NCBI GenBank assembly: GCA_900551965.1
Contig: URYF01000002.1
Location: 810 to 64,809 of the forward strand
Source of the DNA: an uncultured bacterium
Lineage (GTDB): Bacteria > Cyanobacteriota > Vampirovibrionia > Gastranaerophilales > Gastranaerophilaceae
Reading direction: 5' to 3'
Length of the DNA: 64,000 nucleotides
Position numbers and translations under genes: made by a program. The notes beneath the pieces are model-generated. The model saw nothing but the letters and a program-made list of their open reading frames with translations, was not told where the DNA came from and did no database searches. Positions 9,664 to 19,100 of this stretch are shown piece by piece. The number at the start of each line of letters is the position of its first letter. Positions within the stretch are counted from its first letter, which is position 1.

Positions 9664-10278
9664 ATGAAAAAATATATTTTAACTTTAATACTTTTATGCA
9701 GTGTATTATCAGGCAGCGCAAATGCTGTAAATATTCCATGGAAAAAAGAAGCAGAAACTACTGTTGTCGTTGATGCGACTTCAGAACAGGCAAAAGTTTT
9801 ATATGCACAAAATGAAATTGACGAAGCCCTAAAACTATTAAAAAGTAAAGGGGAAGAAACCAGAACAGCTGAGGACTGGCTTTTAATCGGGAATATTTTA
9901 CAGGATAAAGACAGAATCGATGAAGCTATTTACATGTTTCAAAAAGCCATAGAAAAAGATCCTAAATATTACAAGGCTCATTACAATCTTGGATATATTT
10001 ATTTAATCCAGGAAAAGCCGAATATGGCACTTGCCGAGTTTAAAAAATCCGTAAAATATAAAGACAATTTTTCTTACGGATACTATAATATGGGCTGCGC
10101 ATATTTAAAATTAAAAGAATACAGAAATGCAAGATACAACTTTTTCAGAGCACTAGATGCAAAAAATGATGAGCCGGCAGTATATTATAACCTGGCTTAT
10201 ACATACAAAATGCTTAACAACGAAAAACAGGCAAAAGTTTATTTGGATTTATACAACAAAATAATGGAAAGACAGTAA
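9664..10278 (+). CDS. secreted/lipoprotein-like TPR repeat protein
   Basis: Start moved to the in-frame ATG at 9664, which gives the signal peptide 'MKKYILTLILLCSVLSGSANA'. TPR units follow ('AEDWLLIGNILQDKDRIDEAIYMFQKAIEKDPKYYKAHYNLGYIY'). Confidence 0.75.
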   Translation: MKKYILTLILLCSVLSGSANAVNIPWKKEAETTVVVDATSEQAKVLYAQNEIDEALKLLKSKGEETRTAEDWLLIGNILQDKDRIDEAIYMFQKAIEKDPKYYKAHYNLGYIYLIQEKPNMALAEFKKSVKYKDNFSYGYYNMGCAYLKLKEYRNARYNFFRALDAKNDEPAVYYNLAYTYKMLNNEKQAKVYLDLYNKIMERQ

Positions 10279-10279
10279 A

Positions 10280-10972
10280 ATGACATTCAAAGGGATAATT
10301 TTTGACTTTAACGGAACACTTTATTGGGATTCTGCTAAACATAAACAAGCATGGAGAGATTTTTCAAAAGTTCTAAGAGGCACAGAATTTTCTGATGAAG
10401 AAATGATAAAATATATGTTCGGCAGAACTAATGAGCAGATTATCAGCTATGCAATCGGTAAACAACCTTCACCTGAAATGGTTGATAAATACGGTCAGGA
10501 AAAAGAAGCCCTTTATCGTCAAATGTGTCTTGATGACATGGAAAATTTTCATCTTGCTCAAGGAGTAGAAGACTTTTTGGATTTTCTTAAAGAGAATGAC
10601 ATTCCAAGAACTATCGCCACAATGTCAGATAAAACCAACGTTGATTTTTATATTGAGCACTTTAAACTTGAAAAATGGTTTGAAACTGACAAAATAGTAT
10701 ATTCTGACGGAATAATTCCGGGCAAGCCGGCTCCTGATATTTATGAAATTGCGGCAAAAAATCTGGGGCTATCAACAAAAGAATGCATAGTTGTGGAAGA
10801 TGCACTCTCAGGAATTGAATCAGCAAGAGCCGCAGGTATTGGAAAAATTGTTGCAATTTGCTCGGAAGAAGAACCTGAGTTATATAAATCAATTCCTTGC
10901 GTGGGTGCTATCATTAACAGTTTTGATGAATTTGACAGAAATCTTTTTGATATAAAATGTGCTCAAAAGTAA
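10280..10972 (+). CDS. HAD-superfamily hydrolase (subfamily IA, beta-phosphoglucomutase-like)
   Basis: Motif I 'IIFDFNGTL' (second Asp replaced by Asn), 'ATMS', 'GKPAPDIY', motif IV 'VVEDALSGIESARAAGIG'. Confidence 0.75.
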   Translation: MTFKGIIFDFNGTLYWDSAKHKQAWRDFSKVLRGTEFSDEEMIKYMFGRTNEQIISYAIGKQPSPEMVDKYGQEKEALYRQMCLDDMENFHLAQGVEDFLDFLKENDIPRTIATMSDKTNVDFYIEHFKLEKWFETDKIVYSDGIIPGKPAPDIYEIAAKNLGLSTKECIVVEDALSGIESARAAGIGKIVAICSEEEPELYKSIPCVGAIINSFDEFDRNLFDIKCAQK

Positions 10973-11035
10973 CGGAAATGTAAAGGTTTCGTCACTAATT
11001 GCCAAAATACTCAAGTTGTATGCTACACTAAAATT

Positions 11036-11677
11036 ATGTTTACCGGAATTGTAGAAGAAGTCGGCAAGATTAAATCATTTTCTAAAAACAGCAGCGGTGC
11101 TGTTATTGAGGTCTGGTGCAAACATGTTCTTAAAAATACAAAAATTGGAGACAGTATAGCCGTTAACGGCTGCTGCCAGACTGTTGTAAGTTTATCTCCC
11201 GATAGTTTCTGCGCCAATGTGAGTGAGGAAACTCTTGCGGTCACTAATTTCAAGACCCTGAAAAAGGACACACCGGTTAATCTGGAAAGAGCTTTGACTC
11301 TCAATACCCGACTTGGCGGTCATATAGTTCAAGGGCATGTAGACTGTCTTGCACAATTTGTATCAAAAGAACAGCTTGGCGAGTTTTACAATCTTGGTTT
11401 CAAACTGCCTGAAGGAATGGAGAAATATGCTGTACACAAAGGTTCAATTACCGTAAATGGCATAAGTCTTACAATCGCAGAAATCTTAGGAAACGAATTC
11501 AAAATCGCAGTAATTCCGCAAACTTTTTTGAATACAACATTAAATGATTTAAAAATCGGGGATTATGTTAATATAGAAACAGATATTTTAGGCAAATATG
11601 TTGAAAAATTTTTATCTGCGCAAGATAATAAAAGCAGTATAAGTATGAAATTTTTACAGGAAAACGGGTTCTTATAA
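11036..11677 (+). CDS. ribE: riboflavin synthase alpha chain
   Basis: 'MFTGIVEEVG', 'GDSIAVNGCCQTVV', second lumazine-binding repeat 'GSITVNGISLTIAE'. 213 aa. Confidence 0.9.
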   Translation: MFTGIVEEVGKIKSFSKNSSGAVIEVWCKHVLKNTKIGDSIAVNGCCQTVVSLSPDSFCANVSEETLAVTNFKTLKKDTPVNLERALTLNTRLGGHIVQGHVDCLAQFVSKEQLGEFYNLGFKLPEGMEKYAVHKGSITVNGISLTIAEILGNEFKIAVIPQTFLNTTLNDLKIGDYVNIETDILGKYVEKFLSAQDNKSSISMKFLQENGFL

Positions 11678-12891
11678 TGGAAGAAAAAAAATTCAAATTT
11701 GACAGTATAGAAGAAGCTTTGAAAGATTTCAAAGCAGGCAAACCAATAATCGTAGCAGATGATGAGGATAGAGAAAACGAAGGAGATGTAATAGTTTCCG
11801 CAGAAAAAACAACTCCGGAAATTATTAACTTTTTAGCATCGGAAGTTAAAGGCTTAATATGCCTTGCAATATCCAGTGAAATAGCACAACAGCTTGAGCT
11901 GCCTCAGATGGTTGAACAAAACACAGAAGGTATGAACACAGCTTTTACCATAAGTATAGATGCTGCTGAAAAATACGGAGTGACAACAGGAATTTCAGCT
12001 TATGACAGAGCTAAAACCGTTGAAGTCGCAACAGCACGAGATGCACAGCCGTCTGATCTTAGACGTCCGGGACATTTATTCCCATGCGTTGCAAGACCAG
12101 GGGGTGTTTTAGAAAGAACTGGTCACACTGAAGCGGTAGTTGATTTAGCAAGACTATGCGGACACAGGCCGGCAGGTGTAATGTGTGAAGTTATGGCTCC
12201 GGATGGTCACATGGCAAGAAGAGATTACCTAAGGAAATTTGCTGATGAACACGGCTTGAAATTCATTTCGGTTGCAGAGCTTATCGCATACAGACTCAGA
12301 TCGGAAAAACTTGTAACCCGTGAAGCAGAAGCATTTATGCCGACAGCTTTTGGGGACTTCAAACTATATGCATACAAAAACCAAATTAACGGAACAGAAC
12401 ACGTTGCTCTTGTAAAAGATGACGGTTCTGATAAAATTCCTGCTGTAAGGATCCACAGTATGTGTTTAACAGGTGATGTTTTCCACAGCCTGAAATGCGA
12501 TTGCAACTCTCAATTACAAAATGCACTTAAATATATCGACCAATACGGAAAAGGTGCAGTTGTATATTTAACAGATCACGAAGGCAGAGGAATCGGGCTA
12601 TGTAACAAGGTTAAAGCATACAAATTGCAAGAAATGGGACAAGATACAATTGAAGCCAATATTTCTTTAGGCTTCAAGTCAGACCTCAGAGATTACGGAA
12701 CAGGAGCCCAAATTCTTGTAGACATAGGCTATACAACATTTAACCTAATAACAAACAACCCTAAAAAAATTATAGGACTTGAAGGCTACGGACTAAACGT
12801 AAACGATATTATAAAAGTCTCTTCAGAGATTACAGAGTACAATAAACGATATATAGATACAAAAAAAGAAAAAATGCACCACTACTTATAA
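11677..12891 (+). CDS. ribBA: bifunctional 3,4-dihydroxy-2-butanone-4-phosphate synthase / GTP cyclohydrolase II
   Basis: 'DDEDRENEGDVI', 'RTGHTEA' (DHBP synthase half). 'CLTGDVFHSLKCDCNSQL', 'EGRGIGLCNK', 'NNPKK' (GCH II half). Start overlaps the ribE stop (TAATG). Confidence 0.92.
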   Translation: MEEKKFKFDSIEEALKDFKAGKPIIVADDEDRENEGDVIVSAEKTTPEIINFLASEVKGLICLAISSEIAQQLELPQMVEQNTEGMNTAFTISIDAAEKYGVTTGISAYDRAKTVEVATARDAQPSDLRRPGHLFPCVARPGGVLERTGHTEAVVDLARLCGHRPAGVMCEVMAPDGHMARRDYLRKFADEHGLKFISVAELIAYRLRSEKLVTREAEAFMPTAFGDFKLYAYKNQINGTEHVALVKDDGSDKIPAVRIHSMCLTGDVFHSLKCDCNSQLQNALKYIDQYGKGAVVYLTDHEGRGIGLCNKVKAYKLQEMGQDTIEANISLGFKSDLRDYGTGAQILVDIGYTTFNLITNNPKKIIGLEGYGLNVNDIIKVSSEITEYNKRYIDTKKEKMHHYL

Positions 12892-12905
12892 GGAGCGCCA
12901 TTAAA

Positions 12906-13910
12906 ATGTATAATACAAAAATTTTAACAGCACACGATTACGGTATTTTTGAAGATATTTATGAAGATTTTCGCAAGAAAGCCGCAGAAGAATACAATTT
13001 CGAGCTTGAGCCGCTTGATTATGACGGATTTTTAGATGCCATAGATAAAGATCTTATCAAATGTATTGTTCTATATGAAAACGAAGCTCCGGTTGCATTT
13101 TTGGTTTATACTACAGCAATCTCGGAAGCTGTAGAGTTAAATATTATCCACTCACTTGACAGAATTGATTTTTCGCAAAGAGCAAAAGAACTTCTTGTAA
13201 AATTTTTGGATATTACAAAAACTTTAAGACAAGAAAAAATCGTATGCTACCCAATGCTTGGTGAGCAAAAATCTCTAATCAGCGTAATTGCAAAACTCGG
13301 ATTTAAATTTGTGGGTATTGAAGTTTTGAGATTCAAATTCAACTCTAATACCTCAAAAGAAATTTTTGACAGAGCAAGAATCGTTAAACTACCTGAAGAT
13401 TATGAGGTTGTATCCTGGAATGACAAATATTTTGAAGATGCGATTGAAGTTATAAACGAATCCTTCAAAGAAAGTTCTGATGCGTTATTTGACCCTAGAT
13501 TTACAACAAGAGAAGGTACACGCGATATTATTACAAAAATTGTTAAAGATGTTTATGCTGAATTTATGCCAAATTCAACAAGTGTTCTATTATATAAAGG
13601 TAAAGCTGTAGGGTTTGCATTTATGAACCTGACAGGCGGAACAATTGTAAATATCCCGCTTGTGGGAATTAAAGAAGAACATCAGGGTAAAGGCTTGTCA
13701 ACAATAATGTTAAAGCATTCAATGGATTATATTATGAATGCCATAGAACAATACAATACACCGATTGCAGAAATCAACACAACTACAGAAACAAACAATC
13801 TTCAAGCTTTGAGATTATACAAAAATCTGGGTTTCTTGGAAGATTACAGCTATCCGCAATCTTATATGCCGATTGAAGGTGGACTTTTAACAAAAAATCA
13901 GTTAAATTAG
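12906..13910 (+). CDS. GNAT-family acetyltransferase-like protein
   Basis: 334 aa. C-terminal half has acetyl-CoA motif A 'EEHQGKGLSTIMLKHSM' and 'NNLQALRLYKNLGF'. It sits where ribH often follows ribBA. Confidence 0.55.
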   Translation: MYNTKILTAHDYGIFEDIYEDFRKKAAEEYNFELEPLDYDGFLDAIDKDLIKCIVLYENEAPVAFLVYTTAISEAVELNIIHSLDRIDFSQRAKELLVKFLDITKTLRQEKIVCYPMLGEQKSLISVIAKLGFKFVGIEVLRFKFNSNTSKEIFDRARIVKLPEDYEVVSWNDKYFEDAIEVINESFKESSDALFDPRFTTREGTRDIITKIVKDVYAEFMPNSTSVLLYKGKAVGFAFMNLTGGTIVNIPLVGIKEEHQGKGLSTIMLKHSMDYIMNAIEQYNTPIAEINTTTETNNLQALRLYKNLGFLEDYSYPQSYMPIEGGLLTKNQLN

Positions 13911-13914
13911 ATGT

Positions 13915-15069
13915 ATGGCTGGCATTGATATAAAAAGATTTCTGAACAATTTCGCGCAGAATTACCGAGGACAAACGTTTCAAGCAAAAGGAACGTTTAA
14001 TACAAATGCGCCTATGCCTGCTCAAAACAATACTGCAAATCTTTCATCTAGAACCCCTGATATAATGCCCAATGCTGTAAAAATTACCCAAAATCTAAAT
14101 ACAGTTTCTCAAAACCTGCAGCTGAATACTCTTCAAAATATGGATAGAGCAGTTTATGCTAAAGAAATTTTAAGTTTTCCGCGCAATGTCAATGAATTTA
14201 TCTATATGGTTCAGCGCGGAATGACTCAAGCCCAGTTTAATCAGATGTTCGCCGCTCAAATTGCAATACAGAGAAACTCTCTATCTCAACTTCAAGCACA
14301 AATCTTGGCGCAATTACAGGGACTCAATACCTCAACATTAAAAGAAGCGGTCAATATTCAAATGGCAAACCAGCTCCAAGCATCTTTAAAAAATCTTGAT
14401 ATCCTCTCTAACGGAATGATCAATCTTAACCAGATTTCACTGCTCTTTCAAAAAAACGGAAAAGAAGCCATTACAAAACTGATTATGTCAATGACAGAAG
14501 CCTCAAAATCAGGAATAACCGATCTTTCTCAAATGAAAGATATGGCAAAGCTTATCAATGCAAGTATATCAATAGCCGCAGAAAATAATCCCCAAAAAAC
14601 ACTAAAGCTATTACTAATGCTCTATCTTCCCTGGCTGCCGTTAGAAGATGGAGTCGGGTTTGACCTTGATCTTCAGCAAAAAGGCGAAGATGGCGAAGAA
14701 AAAGACAGTATTTTAACAATAACCGTAACTACAATAAACTACGGGACAGTCAAAACCGTACTTCTTTTGGAATCCTCAAACTCAGTCCGAGTTTTAGTGG
14801 ATTGCAGCGAAAAATTTCCAAAACAAGAGCTCCAGCTGCGTATTGAAAAAGAACAAAAACACTACTCAATGGAGTCAAATCTTACATTTACCACAAATAG
14901 CGCTATAAAAGAAACAAATACCGAAAAACAAAGCGCAAATATAAATATGTCACAAACCAATGAAATCAACCCATATCTGCTTTTAATGGCTCATACAATA
15001 ATTAAACACATTATAGACATCGATAACAACAAAACTCTTGGTATAACGTCACACACGGATGAATTTTAA
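13915..15069 (+). CDS. hypothetical Q/N/L-rich protein
   Basis: 384 aa. No signal peptide or TM. Long Q/N/L-rich helical stretch ('AQFNQMFAAQIAIQRNSLSQLQAQILAQLQGLN'). No family recognised. Confidence 0.5.
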   Translation: MAGIDIKRFLNNFAQNYRGQTFQAKGTFNTNAPMPAQNNTANLSSRTPDIMPNAVKITQNLNTVSQNLQLNTLQNMDRAVYAKEILSFPRNVNEFIYMVQRGMTQAQFNQMFAAQIAIQRNSLSQLQAQILAQLQGLNTSTLKEAVNIQMANQLQASLKNLDILSNGMINLNQISLLFQKNGKEAITKLIMSMTEASKSGITDLSQMKDMAKLINASISIAAENNPQKTLKLLLMLYLPWLPLEDGVGFDLDLQQKGEDGEEKDSILTITVTTINYGTVKTVLLLESSNSVRVLVDCSEKFPKQELQLRIEKEQKHYSMESNLTFTTNSAIKETNTEKQSANINMSQTNEINPYLLLMAHTIIKHIIDIDNNKTLGITSHTDEF

Positions 15070-15167
15070 ATTTTGTAAAATGCAACCTGCAATAATAGCA
15101 AATTTTTTAATATTTAGGTTTTAAAACTAAATAATTCTTATTGTAAGGGTAGAAAATTCAACATATC

Positions 15168-15196
15168 TTTACAAAACCTCAAAAAATTGTTATAAT
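15168..15196 (+). promoter_or_regulatory. sigma-70-type promoter candidate (TTTACA-17 nt-TATAAT)
   Basis: TTTACA at 15168-15173, a 17-nt spacer, then TATAAT at 15191-15196, about 80 nt upstream of the ATG at 15277. Confidence 0.45.
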
Positions 15197-15276
15197 CGTA
15201 ATAATAATTAAAGAGTTAATGGACAACGGGTTAAGGGGTTAGCCCGCAAAATTGAATACAAAAAAGGAGTGTTAGT

Positions 15277-16020
15277 ATGGCAATATTACCTATTAGCAGT
15301 GTTAGTGTTAACAAAAATCATAACAGCAAGCCAAGCTTTATGAGCAGATATGATGGTGACACAGAAGGATTAAAAGAAGATTTTCAACCTAAAAACAGAA
15401 ATTATGCAAAAGTTCCGGTAGTTTTATTGATGGCAATGACTCCGGGATTGATGGGCGCAAACGAACCTGCAAAAGCCGTTCCGCTGGATAGCGAAGCATT
15501 AACAAATATTATCGCAATGAATACTCAAGCTGAAGAAGAGGCTGAGGCAATAGATTTTATGGTAGCCGCTGCGCAAGCAAAATCTAAATCTGGCTGGGCA
15601 GCATTAGATAATGGTAACTACCAGATTCAATATACTAGAAAAGTTAATGTTAATAACAATAGCTACACTATGTATTTTGTAAAAAATCCAAAATATACAA
15701 AAGAACAAAATGGTGTTGATCATGTGTTCTTCATTAAAGACGGGACAAAATGCAACGACAAATATATGGATCCGCCAACAGTTGGACAGTTAATTTATCA
15801 TAAACCTTCTAATGGTACGGAATTTTGCGGAATATTTGTGCCGCAGAAGATTACAGATAAAGACGGGAACTTTAAAGGAACATTGTATAGAGAATTCCGC
15901 CTGGATGATGATACTGCAAATAAAATTATTGAACTAATCGCAAATGATGGTTGGAAGAATAAAACCATTATAAAATTTAAAGAAACTTTATCCCCTAAGA
16001 TAATGGAATCTTATGAATAA
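15277..16020 (+). CDS. hypothetical membrane-anchored protein
   Basis: 247 aa. AAGGAG lies 8 nt before the ATG. One hydrophobic segment 'VPVVLLMAMTPGLMGA' after a ~45-aa N-terminal region. No family recognised. Confidence 0.55.
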   Translation: MAILPISSVSVNKNHNSKPSFMSRYDGDTEGLKEDFQPKNRNYAKVPVVLLMAMTPGLMGANEPAKAVPLDSEALTNIIAMNTQAEEEAEAIDFMVAAAQAKSKSGWAALDNGNYQIQYTRKVNVNNNSYTMYFVKNPKYTKEQNGVDHVFFIKDGTKCNDKYMDPPTVGQLIYHKPSNGTEFCGIFVPQKITDKDGNFKGTLYREFRLDDDTANKIIELIANDGWKNKTIIKFKETLSPKIMESYE

Positions 16021-16121
16021 CAGACTTTATTAAGAATTGTAAAAAATATTTCGCATACTGAAAAAGGGTAATAAAATATTTTTTACATGTTATAGTATAT
16101 AAATTTTAGTTGGAACCTTAT

Positions 16122-19100
16122 ATGGCATTAAAAGTAAATCAGTATAATCTAAAAGAACAATTAGCAGCCCCGCAAACAAGTACCGGGTCTGCTGATAATG
16201 CCATTAAAAAACCTATTAATATGAAAGTTCAAACAAATAACGAACTTGAAAATAAAAATAATACTCTAAAGACTTATATACAATCAGAAGAATTTAACAA
16301 GCTTGATAAAGAGACTCAACTAAAAGAGTTAAAAGCAAAATTTTACCCAAATTCAACAATTGAAGAAATACAAAAAATTCTGACAACAACAATACAAGCA
16401 ATAAAAACAGAAGAAGCGACCGAAAATCAGATTGAAACCCAGCAAGTTTATGCAGATATTGACGAGCTTAAAGCTAAAGCTAAAAGCGGTGCTGAATTAA
16501 CAGAAGAAGAACAGCAAATTATTAAACAGCACGAAGATAATAAGATGCTGATTCCAATTAAAGAGATTATGTCCGAGGAATTCAGCAAAAAAACTCCTCA
16601 AGAGAAAATGTCTGCAATGGCTGATGCGTATTTTTCAAAACACGATAACGAATACAAAAACTTAAAAACGAAAGAAGAAAAAGACCAATATCTCAAAACT
16701 CAACTTGCAGCATTGAATCAAAAATTAAATGCCGGCAGCAATGAAAAACTTGCAGCTATGAATACCCTGACGTTGCTTCAGTATTCCCATGAAAAAGCAA
16801 TCCCATTAAAAGAGTTAGAAAATCTCAATACAAATGACCTGAAAGCCAAGCTTACAGAATACCAATACGCAAAAGCTGAAGAGATGATTAACGTTGTTAA
16901 ATCTAAAACAGAAGGCTTAGAAGGTAAAACTGCATCTGAAAAAATCAGCATATGTGCAGATACAGTACTATCAATGACTGATGATAAATATAAGTCATTA
17001 CCGGAGAATGAAAAAAAACAATACCGTGAAGCAAAAATAGATAAGTTTATGACTGAAGTTGTTGGAGATAGAAACTGGAAATACATATCAGATGAAAAAG
17101 TTAAAGAAAAAGCTTTAGAAAAATATTTACAAATTGCACAGATTCTATACAAAAATAAATTGTCTATAGCAGACTATAAAAAACTTTCACAGGCTGAAAA
17201 ACTAAAAATGGATAGAACCATTCTAAGCGAAGATCCGATTAAAAATGCGAAAGAAATAAAAATACTTAATACTAAACTTGAGCTTATAGAAGGTATTGAA
17301 AAAGATAATATTACAGATAAGGATATCTACGATAAATTGCGCCAGAAAGAAAAAACCGGAAAGCTCAGCGATGAAGAACAAGCAATCCTTAACGAATACA
17401 AATACAGACGAAGTCTTGGTGACAATTTAGACGATACTTACGGTACTCCGTCAAACCAAATTCAAGCTGCAAAACAAGGTCAAACCGTAGAAAATTATTT
17501 AACGCAAAATATTGATGCAATATTAAATGATGACAGTCTGACTCCTGAACAAAAATATGAAAAAATCCAAGAATTCTATAAAGGTACTGCCAGAACCGGT
17601 GAATGTGATTGGAGCCAAGTTAAAATAATTGATGATGTTCTACGCAAAAACGGATATTCCAACAAAGAAATTCATGCACTTCGTCCTGAAGGAATCCATT
17701 GTCGCCATAGTGCACATGCTATAGCCAGAAATGACGGTAGAACTGCAGGTAAAATCGCCTGTGATGGCGCACACGGTTCTGAAAAAACCAGAGCTGCAAT
17801 GCATAAGCTTTCACAAATGGTTCCTGCAAAATTAGATGCTGAACAAGCTGCATCTTTTGGTACAGAAGTAATGCAGGTAAAAGAGCTTCGTCAGAGTTTC
17901 ATTACAGGTCAAAACGACAGAACACAGGTCTCCAGAGAAAAAGCAAACGATATTGCTAACAAAATTCTTACATCTGCTGATATTTCAGATGCATCAAGAG
18001 CAACATATACCCAAGAATTCATTACTGATGCAAAACGAAACGGGGCTGAAGAACAGATTTATTTTGGAGAATCTTTATCAAAAATTGAAAATGCAGCTGT
18101 CACCGAAGGCTTGGCCGCCGCATCAAATTCAGTTGATGAAAGTGTTAGAAGTCAATATAATTCTTATGTTGAGACAGCCGCTAAAAATTATCCGCCTGAG
18201 CAACAAGCTGCAATTAAAAATGCAATGTCAACCGGCAACATATCTAAAGAGACATTAGCTGACACAACCCCAAGTCCGGTTAATACAACAACTCAACCAC
18301 AAAGAGCCTCAGCACAAGAAAACAAGCCGGCTCCAAGTTCTGCCGCTGCGGCAACTGCAGCTCAAAGAAACAATACGGCAGCAACTAAGCAGCCTGCAGT
18401 AAAAATCCAGACAGCTGATATAGGAACAGTTAAAAACACTACAACTACTACACAAAAAACTGTTCAACAACAAACTGCTTCAAATAATAATACCGTTACA
18501 GCGCAAAACTCAGTAAAAACCCAGGAGATAAATGCGGCAACAGAAAAAAGGCAGCTTGAAGCCAAACGGGATGCAGCTGCAGAAAATGCACTAAATACAG
18601 CAGAAACAATAAAAAAATCTGTTGCAGAAGACAGCTTAAAAATTGCAAAAGATATATCTCAAGAAGCTTCAGAAGAAGTTGTTAATACACTTGCTGAGGA
18701 AAAAAGCATTACTGAAATTGAACGTCAAAAAGTTATAGAAAAACTCTCAAAAGCAAGCTCTATTACAGAACTATACAGCATTATTACAAGCTTGGGCAGA
18801 AAAGCCCAGGATATTTTCCTTGATAAAATTTCAAAATCCCAATACGTAAATGAATTTATCAACGGAATAAGCGACACATCTGTACTGCAAAAGCTTTATG
18901 ATACCTGTGGTTCAGACTCTACCAAAAGAGAACTTTTAGCTAAAATGAGCGACAGAATTTACAAATTGCTTGAAGATGACAAAATTTCTGATTTCAATTT
19001 GGGTGCAGTTGATCACAAAATTATACGAAATTTCCTAGCTGCAAATGTCAGCTCTATGAGTAATACAAGATTTTCACGATATCTTCAGTATCTGCCGTTT

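Noticed and set aside
10280-10972. The HAD hydrolase has DFNGT instead of the canonical DxDxT motif I.
   Set aside because: The nucleophile Asp is retained, and Asp+2 variants occur in the superfamily. This is not enough to call it inactive or unusual without an alignment.
10973-11035. Looked for an FMN riboswitch in front of ribE.
   Set aside because: The spacer is only about 60 nt and AT-rich, with no conserved RFN-like helices, so it is too short for the aptamer.
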